A stretch of DNA of 64,000 bases from Chrysomallon squamiferum (taxonomy: Eukaryota; Animalia; Mollusca), in assembly GCA_012295275.1 (NCBI GenBank), contig CM022677.1, forward strand, positions 13,020,001 to 13,084,000, read 5' to 3'. The position numbers were made by a program, and so were the translations under genes. This document shows positions 53,793 through 64,000 of the stretch, in pieces. Position 1 is the stretch's first letter. Each line of letters opens with the position of its first letter. Under the pieces are notes generated by a model. It saw nothing but the letters and a program-made list of their open reading frames with translations. It had not been told where the DNA came from and did not search any database.

Positions 53793-55517
53793 ATCAAACT
53801 TCCACTCTATCTTTTCATCTCTCTCTCTCTCAGAAATACATACACACTCTTGAACACACATTATACTTGCATATCCAATTTCTCTCAATAATAAGAAAAC
53901 ACATATTCACACACATACAAACATACATACATATCTAACACCATTTAGCTAGATGAATGTGACAGTGTAGGAGAGAGACAGGCAAATAAAATGGTCAAGG
54001 AAGGATGAAGTTGTCTTTGAGCTACCAGTATTGGTCAGTTTTATTTGACAATATTTTTATTTTTGAAAAATTATCATTCATTTAGTGTGAACACTGTCAG
54101 TGCATACTAACAGAGAGTAACATTTTGTTGGATTGTTTTCATTTACAATCATTTACACTTCATCTTTTTCAAATTATGGGCTTATCTTGATTCACTTATC
54201 CTATACACATAATGCACTGCTTCTAAGTTAGTTCTCAGTAGTCATGCATTTCACTCAACGTGTACTGGTGTTTATCGTCATTCTATTTTAAAGAGTAATT
54301 ACTGCTATTTAGAGGTTGTATATAAAAAAGAAGTACAAATAGTAAGAGGGAGTAAAATACTGATTTGTCTTCACAAACACCACACAAAAGCTCTCTCTCT
54401 GCAGAAAATACAGATACCTATGTCACATCTGAACATTGCTTTTTTTACAAATGTTGTCACCCTGTGATTGAAACAGTCTCTCATCCAGTCTGATTATTTA
54501 TATAAACAAGTGTTTAGCAGGTTGATAATAACTACCCTGTTATAGACACAAAATACACAAATAGTTGAATATGTACTATTACTGTAAAACACATTCACAT
54601 ACATGCACGCTTGCACACAAACATACACTAACACTCATATACATCCATGTTTTAGAATAGTCATATATATTCATATAGACCCACACACCAGCAATAACAT
54701 GTATACATAATAATATTCAAACACAAACACATACACGTACACACAAGCTTTCGGGCACACACACAGACACACACACACACACTCCTAGTCAAAGTATGTC
54801 ATTACATAATAATAATGATAATGATAATAATCAGAGTAATAGTAATAATAATAATGGCAGTAGCAGTAATAAAAACAATAATAATAGTAATAACAGTAAT
54901 AATAATTGCAATAGTAGTAATAATAATAATAATAATAATAATCAGAAAAGTACATTGAATCCATTTTATTTTATTTTTTATTTTCATTAAAATGAAATTC
55001 AAACTAACAAGTAAAGAGGCACACACACACACACACACATACTCACACACACACATACTCACACACACACATACACACACATGCAGACCTGCACACACAT
55101 ACACACTCACCTGACGACAAACACTTAGATATTTTTAATTTAACAACAAAATGAATTAGCATTTGCTACAATATGGAATCAAACATCAGATAATGTGAAT
55201 TTGTTTCTTCTTTAATATGTAAACATAAAGAAAAAAAAAAAGAAAAAAAATGAAATTAATTTAAATATATTACAGATCTTTGCAACCTCCCAAAAAGCAG
55301 TTTGGTTACAGGAGAGATACAAGATATTTGCTATCATTCCAGGAAGAGCCTCTGTGGAACTTTAATCCATAATGTATCAAAGAATTTGTATTACATTTTA
55401 GAATGAGAATTATTATTTTTCTCCCTTTTAATACAACAAAAGACAAATATTTAATAATAACATATCTTGTCATCTACGTATAAAGTTGTATAAAGAGAAA
55501 TCAAAGTAAACATGTAG

Positions 55518-55747
55518 GAATAATCCAAGAACACTATATTTCAATTAATCTTCAATAATGGTGTGAAAAATGCTCTGAATGGACTAGCTACAAACCTGTA
55601 CACTCTCAGCAGTGATGTTTCAATGGGTCTTGTTCTCTACAGCCAATGTTCTCAATGCCAATATCACACTGACCAAAGACATCAATTCATACAGAACGTC
55701 CATTCAAAGCCTGGCCTATCCTAATGGAGGAACAAGCACTTGGCTAG
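55518..55747 (+). pseudogene. von Willebrand factor A (vWA) domain pseudo-exon
   Basis: FNNGVKNALNGLATNLYTLSSDVSMGLVLYS, then a frameshift to NVLNANITLTKDINSYRTSIQSLAYPNGGTSTWLG, matching vWA 'VGLV.YS' and 'Y..GGT.T..G' motifs. Phase-1 GT donor at 55748. Absent from the ORF track. Confidence 0.7.
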
Positions 55748-55754
55748 GTATCAG

Positions 55755-55888
55755 TGATTAGACAGGACACGATTAGACAGGACATGATTAGACAGGACAT
55801 GATTAGACAGGACTTGATTAGACAGGACATGATTAGACAGGACTTGATTAGACAGGACATGATTAGACAGGACATGATTAGACAGGAC
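55755..55888. repeat. 15-bp minisatellite, 9 copies
   Basis: TGATTAGACAGGACA repeated, immediately after the vWA exon donor. Confidence 0.95.
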
Positions 55889-58061
55889 AGGAGACCAGTA
55901 GCCACACAGGTAGAGAATACATTTATGTTTAAACAGCAAAATTAATGTTTTAATTAATGTTATTTTCTGAAGTTATTTAATTGCACGTCTGGTTGAAATA
56001 TTAATAATAAAAACTAATTTATAAGGTATTATGTTACAAAACAGATTTGTTAGAAATATTAAAACAACTATTTTCATTTTAATAAATTGTATATAAATTG
56101 TATATAAATTATAATCTAATATTTTTAAATTAGTATTCTGTAACATGTATATCTTTTGAAATTTAAAACAGCTATCTTATTCTAAAATATTTAATTACAA
56201 AAAATATAATTAATAAATAATGATTTACAGATGATTTACTTAGTGATTTTTAAGTGTTACTGAGCCCAAAATCTGTGAAATACTACTGCTACTATTACTA
56301 CTATTCCAATGTACTATGTGCTAACAGTGCTACTGCTATTAGCAATACCACCACCAATACTACTACCTCTACCACCATTATTGCTACTACTACCTATTAA
56401 TAATAATAATAATAATAATAACAGAAATACTAATCCTAAATACCACTACTGTACTACTATCAATGAAAATTAAGATAAATTTATAAATTAAAAAAGAAAT
56501 GAAAAAAGATTAGTAGTAATGTCTCATTTACTCCACTGACTGTGTTGTCCATATGTGTGGCATATATATATATGCCGATATGTATACTAACATTGCATCC
56601 ACTGAACTATGTTTTATCTCATCAACAGACAAAGGTACAGTTAAATTCTTCAATACCTTTCTGGAATAATAATAATAATAATAATAGTTTAGTTTTCTCT
56701 CATTATCTCTGTGGGCTTTAATAGCTATTTATAGAATTATACAGTTCTAGAATTTAAAAAAGATTATCTTTGAAAAAACTGAAATATATATCATTCATCT
56801 GTATTTCATAATGTTTCTAATTTTCTAAGGATAACATGGATTTTTGAACTTTGAGTATTAATTGTAGAATGTGTACTAACCTTAGTTCAGACAATTCCAC
56901 CAAATTGTTGATTAGTCAGATACATATATTATAAATAAACACTGGACATATAAACACAAATATATCATGGACACAGTTATAAAGACATACATACACACAC
57001 GTGTGCACATATTTAAATATATGTAGAATTCATAGTACAGCTGAGAGAGTGAGAGGACGACACACACACATACAGAGAGAGAGAGACAGTTTTATCATAG
57101 TTTCATTTGTATTGAAATTTTAAATTTCTTTTATTCTTTTCAGTTCTGATATATCCACAGATTATATATATATATATAGATATTTAAGATTTAAAAAAAA
57201 GAATTGAAAGAGAAAAGGAAAATGATGATAGCAACAATTCCAGCTTATTAGGAATATGTGTTTACTAGTATACAAAATAAGTAGTAAGACATTTTAAAAT
57301 AATAATATATTTCTTGTATTTCATAACTAAAACTAAGCATTATTTTAAAATTAATATGTGTGCATTTGTGTAAGAGAAACAGAGTATATCAGTATTGCTG
57401 TTGTTGTTATTGTTGCTGTTATTATGTATAACAGAATTGTTAATGAAAGTTAATAAATAATTTCTAAACAGGTTATGTTGTTTTAATTTTTAATTTTTTT
57501 CTTTTGTCTTTAATGAACTTTAAACACGCAAACACACACACACACACACTGGATGCAGATAGATATTAATGAGGCATAGTTCAGACATATATAAATCAGG
57601 AAAATGTCAAAGTTAAGTCCTAACTGATTTGGAATATTGTCCATTTTCATTGACAATTTAAAGAACAAAACAACAAAAAAGTATGGAAATTATTATTTCA
57701 AAGCTTGTTTAACAAGCTTAAATACAAAGATTTACGGATGAATTGGTTTGTGACAGTACAAATGAAATCTTAAAATAATAATAATAATACTATTATTACT
57801 GTTATTATTTTTATTATTATTATTATTATTAGTAGTAGTAGTAGTAGTAGTAGTCATTATTTTAATGTAATAAAATTTTGTTGCTTTGAATTAATTACAA
57901 ATTGTAAATTCAAAAAGTTCTAAGATCCAGTTTGAAATATTTGTTATCTGTGTTCAGTTTGTTTATATTTAACTTCCTATCAAAACTCGAGTGAGCGAAA
58001 CAAGACTAAAGTTCACTGCGTTGTCTCGGCTTTATTCCCTGGAGATAAACATTTTCACTTT

Positions 58062-58162
<101 letters not shown>

Positions 58163-58579
58163 TGTGATACAGATAAAAAATGAGTATACCGTAACTGTCT
58201 ATTCACTGCTTTATAATGCATAGCTTAATATGTGATGATAGAATAGTTTAATTAGTTTACAGAATGGCTTTATTATTATTGTTATTATTATTATTATTAT
58301 TATTATTAGTAGTAGTAGTAGTAGTAGTAGTAGTACACGCAACGTGTGCACAATATGGTTGTTTTTATTAACATTATTAGAACAATGTCTTGAGAGGAAA
58401 CCCGCTATAAAGAGAAACTTCCAAGGATATAACACTCGATAGTTTTCACAGGTACTGGATGTGACGTGGAAATACTTGGATCCGCAGTGAACGTTCAAGT
58501 CTACACGACGATGTATTATTGTAATTAAGCAAACCACTGAACGTCGAATCGAAGATTTGTTTCTTTGTTAATTTAAAAG

Positions 58580-58629
<50 letters not shown>

Positions 58630-60234
58630 AATAAATAAATAAATGTGACAAATCATGATGTAACATGAGTCCTTTAAAATCAGACATGTAGATTATACAG
58701 ATTATGTTTCAGAAACAGACCGCCATTTAGTTTTTTTATCGTAAAACAATGTCGCTATTTATAACGAAATTTAACTGACACACATAGCTGTGATTATTAC
58801 ATTGTTAAATACTGTTGAAATGTGTACTACAGTTGTCATAAAAACGGTGTAAATGTGCGTCATCTCAATCATTGTTTGGCCATAAATAGAACCTAAGAAA
58901 ATCTGAAGTGATTTAATAAACTTTTCAAAACTAATAAAAGCACCTTCTGGTTTGATCGGATTCATAAAAGATAATTAATTTGGTTTCACTATCATCAATT
59001 TAGGTGGAATTTTGCTAATTCAGAGACAGAAAACTTAAACATTTTCGATTATCTCCCCTTCCCTGAGGTTCTGATATATGCACATGCACGTGTCCCTGCT
59101 GTTTTAACTTTTTATTTTGGCGCGACTGAGAAAATGTGATTAATTTTTCAATTCTTGATTTTATATAATAGTCTAAAAAAAAGAATTTAACCGTTAACCT
59201 ACCATTAGACTTTTTATTGTCATTGAATTGAACTGCGAGATAATTATTTTGAAAGAAGATGTCTTAGATCTTAATGAGTTATCTCTCTCCCACGTGAATG
59301 CTTTTCAGTGTCTACATAAATATATCATTCAATCTCGTTTTGCAAAAAAATATGATTTGCTACACTGAGCTGATCCTCAGATAAGACTGACATCTGTTAA
59401 AATGTCCTAACTCTATCATAATGTTAAGGCAACCTTATCTCTATCTATCTATTTATTACATGCACACAAACGAAATAATTATGAAATGTATTCATTATTA
59501 TATTCTGCAACAGGAAAGACCCTCATTATATATCTCTATCCAAAGTGTTTATAGTATTCACTGAATATGTACACATCAAAAAAATAACAATACAACCAGT
59601 ATTAAAGTACTCTCTCAATTACTTATATTGTTATTACTATTATTTATATTTCTATTACTATTACTACTATTAATTCGTTTACTAACTGCTACTATTTATC
59701 TGTTACTTTGCTTCTATTATTTTGTCTATGACTAGTGTAACATTATCTGTATCACTACTTCCACAGTTGCATCTATTACTTCTACTATTATTTCAAAACA
59801 ATATAAATAAAAATATTCCTCTCTTAGAAAATTGTTTCTCAAGTCTGACTTTTAAAAATGTGTAATGAAAAACAGAAAACAAAATAATTTGAAACATTAA
59901 TTTGAACAAGCAAACCAAAAGATCAACATCAAAACTCCTTTTGCATATGAAAAGATAATTTTAGAAAATGCTCAACAAAATCCATAATTAAAAATTTAGA
60001 AAAACATGGTCTAAGATGTATCTGAACTTTCAAATTAAAATTTATTTAAAAGGTTTCAAAAGGTTTTAAAGTGCTGAGAATGCTATAAACATAAAGAAGC
60101 CAAGATTACTAAACAACTTGACATGTAATGTAATGTGCAAATTAATCATTAAGAAAATATCTTCCAAATAGCATATCTTCTTCCATTTTATGTTTTAGTA
60201 ACAGCCTTTCTAATAAATCTTTTCCAGTTGATAA

Positions 60235-60298
<64 letters not shown>

Positions 60299-60897
60299 TT
60301 ATCTCCCTTGAGCTATACAATTTGTCTGGTTCAAACATTCTGTCTACCGGTCAATGTCTGACTGTATCTTACATGAATGACACTTTGAATCTGAAATCAC
60401 AGTTTCACAGATTTATAAATTCTTCAGTAAGTGCAGTCCACATAACAGGTAACTGTTTTTAAAATAATACTTTGGTGTGGAACTTTCTAATAGCTCTCAA
60501 TATTCTTCAAGCATTCAGTTCTTCATATTTGTTGAGGTCTTATCTTCTGCTGTTTCTTCTATTTAGTTTGTTCAGTACAGTGAGAAAACTTGAAGAACTT
60601 GGAGATAAACACAACAAGTCACTTAGAATCAATATCACTTCTTCCATTTTCTTTCATTCTCAAAACAAGCTTATGAAAAAGGGCCCTGAAAAAAACCAAA
60701 ATTATTATTAAAATTAAAAAAGTATTCAGAGATGTATAAACAAAAGTATACAATTTATCATGTAAAATGAAGGTTGATAGTATTCAAATGGGGTGGTTAT
60801 GACTTAATTATTTTTATGATTGATTTCACTTTATTTGTGTGAATCTTTGCATGTGCATGTGTTGATATGTGTGTTAAATATTAATATTTACATCTAC

Positions 60898-63037
60898 CTC
60901 TACAAGTAATTTTGTCAGTTTCCCATTTATAACCATCCACACAGGCACAATCATAGAAGAGTAGAAATATTTTTGAATTACATTCATTTATATCTGAAAG
61001 AGAGAATCAAATGAATCACATCTCAATCATTAGCAACAATTAAACTTACTCATACAGAAATTATTTAGAAGAAATTCATTGATACTGAGGGGTTTTCAGC
61101 AGTTTATAAAATTAGTCAAGTTTGAATTACAGGGATATGATATTATTAATAAACATAAAAAAATCTTTCATAAATTCTGACAAGTTTCTGAAACACTATT
61201 AACTGCTTTGAAATTTCTTTTAATTCCAGAACTGAGAATTTTAACTTAATATTTGAACAGCACAAAAGCTACTAATGCATACCTAAGCTACAAACTGAGT
61301 GACTGAATATATAGAGAGCATGACTTTATTAATAATATAAAATATTTTAAAAACCCAGATAATGGTAGAAATGCTGACCATTCAGATTCAAATAGATAAC
61401 ACCTTCACTAGAAATATGAATAAACCAAGAATGCTTGAAGTGAACAATTTAACCTGAGAACCAAATAGAACTGACTCACCTGACCTGTTTTGTTGTCTGA
61501 ATTCAAGGTAAACATTTCTACACAAACACTGCTCCACTGTGTCATGCACCCTGCAGCCCTGTTCACACGAACTGTTCACTGCAGCACTGTCACATCTGAA
61601 CACAAAATATTTTTATAACTTTATTACATTTTACAACTAAAATAATTTACAATTTTATCACATTCTGATGCAAATGAAAATAAAATAGTTTATAATTTTA
61701 TCAAATTTTGTCACAATTAAAATAACAAGAACAGATGTAGCTTTCCTCACTGTTAGTTCAAGAAGCATTCATTCAACTATATACAAAAAAATATATTTTA
61801 CATGAATGAATGAATGAATGATGAAAACAGTGAACAAATGAGGAAGGCAGAGTGAATGGATGAATGAATGAATTGATAAATATCTGTTTAATAATAGTTT
61901 AATATATAATGTTCTTGAAAATTAAACTGTAAAAATAAAGTTGGCTGGTACCAAACAGGGTTTGTTTTTGTTTCTTTTTTGTTTTTAACAATGCTAATTT
62001 CTTAGTCACTGAAGCTGATTTTCTGTGTTAAATAATCATTTTGAATAAAAAATTACTGACAAGTATAAAATGATATTTTTATTATTATATTTATTTATTT
62101 ATTTATTTATTATATTTTAATGCAGCAAAAGTTAATTTTGTGACTGAGATATTAATTAACTCATTTTTATGTAATTTTTCAGTTTAAAACATTCATTCTG
62201 TTTTCTTTGGTAATTATATCACAAAAATATGTACAAAATTCATCAATCATTTGTATCATTTAACTATTTCATAAATAATAAGAAATCATTTCTAACATAT
62301 AACTATTTTTTAAATAATAAGAAATCATTTATAACATATAACTATTTTTTAAATAATAAGAAATCATTTGTAACATATAACTATTTCATAAATAATAAGG
62401 AATTATTTCTTACATCTAAGTGTTTATTAAGTAAAATGTTATAATTTCAACTTGTTAAAAAAAATTATTAACATTGGATAAATTGACAATTTATTAAGTA
62501 TACCCTACTCACCTACACATTCATTTGACAAGTTGTGATATCCTGTCTTACACTCAAATGATAGGAGACTGGCAGGTTTTTGCAGTTGCTGTTTGCTTGA
62601 CATGAACTGTTGAAACACTACATTCATCTCTGTTGTTTTCACATCACACACCAACCAGCCACCTTTACACTGACAATGGTCTGAGAGGGAAAAATAAAAT
62701 TTAAATTTAAAATAAATAAATTAAATTAAAATCAAACTTAGATTTTTTTTTAAATAAAATTTATGCAATTGTATTAAAATATAATATAAATATCACCAAA
62801 AATTTCTAATTTTACAGAATAACTTGCTTTAAATTTCAAAATATAATTATATTTTTAAAATATTTAAACTTTTATTTTTATATTATTGTATTTTGTAATG
62901 AGAAATTCTGCTTACTAACATATGTTCTCTGATCATTTTCAAGTTTCTTCCCAGCCAGACAGGAACAAGTGAATCCACTGATTCAAGCATCAGTATATTT
63001 AGTAATACTGCATCAACTGATGTACACTCATTCATAT
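60898..63037 (-). pseudogene. Four EGF / calcium-binding EGF exons of a fibrillin- or mucin-like extracellular protein gene, disrupted
   Basis: AG/GT-bounded minus-strand exons: 63037-62916 (DMNECTS../GFTCSCLAGKKLENDQRTY), 62680-62513 (HCQCKGGW..CENNRDECS..CQANSNCKNLPVSY..ECKTGY..ECV), 61595-61480 (CDSAAVNSSCEQGC..QCLCRN..LNSDNKT) and 60993-60898 (DINECNS..YDCACVDGYKWETDKITCR, two Cys missing). Three need frameshifts. Confidence 0.8.
62245..62410. repeat. 39-bp minisatellite, ~4 copies
   Basis: AAATAATAAGAAATCATTT.TAACATATAACTATTTT repeated. Confidence 0.85.
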
Positions 63038-63187
63038 CTACATTAAAATAACAATAACAATAACAATAATAACAATAACACTAATAATAATAACAATAAT
63101 AATATTAAAATAAAGGAAAAATCTTATTTCAAGTGACAATATAATATTGTTGAAACTTTAATTTTCTTTTCTTCATTTATATCATGT

Positions 63188-63475
63188 CACACACAGAGTC
63201 AAGGTTCTGTAGAATGTGTGAATTATGACATTAAAGACATGCTTGTTGTGAGGATGAGTGAGAATGATAGCACTGATTGGACTGTTAGTGTTAAATTTGT
63301 TCAGTTTCACAAGCACTCCAGTTTCAGTGCTGGAATAAAACAGTCACCTTATACAACCTTATTTGGCACAAAGCCAGGATTGGTTTGACTTCCTCATTGT
63401 TACCACATGATCCAGAAGCTACAGAAAGAAGATGACTTACTAGACATTCTGTCCAGCAGCTCAACTCAACCAGAC
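63188..63475 (+). mobile_element. KRBA2/SCAND3-like (Ginger-type) DDE integrase C-terminal fragment, frameshifted
   Basis: HTQSQGSVECVNYDIKDMLVVRMSENDSTDWTVSVKFVQFHKHSSFSAGIKQSPYTTLFG / ARIGLTSSLLPHD / QKLQKEDDLL matches the HPQSQGSVER.N..I..ML...W...VQF.KN...H.GI..SPY..FG signature. Two frameshifts. Absent from the ORF track. Confidence 0.85.
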
Positions 63476-64000
63476 ACTCAACCTCTACTAGAAACAACTC
63501 AACCTCTACCAGAAACAACTCAACCTCTATCAGAAACAACTCAACCTCTACCAGAAATGACTCAACCTGTATCTGAAACAGCTCAACCTCTACCAGAAAC
63601 AACTCAACCTCTACCAGAAATGACTCAACCTGTATCTGAAACAACTCAACCTCTACCAGAAACAACTCTACCTCTATCAGAAACAACTCAACCTCTACCA
63701 GAAACAACTCAACCTCTACCAGAAGCAGCTCAACCTCTATCAGAAACAACTCAAACTCTACCAGAAACAGTTCAACCTCTACCAGAAACAGCTCAACCTC
63801 TACCAGAAACAACTCAACCTCTACCAGAAACAACTCAACCTCTACCAGAAATGACTCAACCTGTATCTGAAACAACTCAACCTCTACCAGAAACAACTCT
63901 ACCTCTATCAGAAACAACTCAACCTCTACCAGAAACAGCTCAACCTCTACCAGAAGCAGCTCAACCTCTACCAGAAACAACTCTACCTCTATCAGAAACA
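63476..64000 (+). repeat. 21-bp minisatellite (reads TQPLPET on +), runs off the window
   Basis: ACTCAACCTCTACCAGAAACA about 25 copies, in frame with the end of the integrase fragment and stop-free to 64000. Confidence 0.95.

Noticed and set aside
55751-55945. MIRQD and VLSNH repeat ORFs
   Set aside because: Translations of a 15-bp minisatellite.
60300-60686. Further minus-strand exon of the EGF gene
   Set aside because: It has an acceptor-like site but several stops and no recognisable domain, so it cannot be linked to the EGF exons.
63324-63980. 218-aa VEVELFL ORF on the minus strand
   Set aside because: Antisense reading of a 21-bp minisatellite; the recognisable integrase homology is on the plus strand.

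Overview
AT-rich, microsatellite-dense animal genomic DNA with spliceosomal GT-AG exons. It is an invertebrate, possibly a mollusc or other lophotrochozoan, but that is only an inference from composition and repeat style. Only one gene looks intact: an intronless 503-aa collagen-type prolyl 4-hydroxylase alpha subunit (29959-31470, minus). The rest is largely decayed sequence. Pseudogene remnants are a multi-exon Ig-superfamily gene (2132-4715, +), a vWA pseudo-exon (~55518-55747, +) and four cbEGF/EGF pseudo-exons (60898-63037, -). Transposon remnants are a Tigger-like end, a Tc1/mariner MITE with a visible empty paralogous site, a hAT (Buster/Charlie-like) element, an intron-containing Sola-type DDD transposase, a LINE and a KRBA2/SCAND3-like integrase fused to a TQPLPET repeat. 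Collinear homology blocks indicate an old tandem segmental duplication (~5.7-25 kb vs ~27.2-45.3 kb), and the P4HA cassette lies in an interval present only in the second copy. Most short ORFs in the track are microsatellite artefacts. I found no CRISPR array or prokaryotic system and cannot support a claim of a new biological system. The best leads are the intronless, divergent P4HA and the inverted-repeat-flanked AGAGTTATCTCCCTT arrays. All alignments were done by eye.
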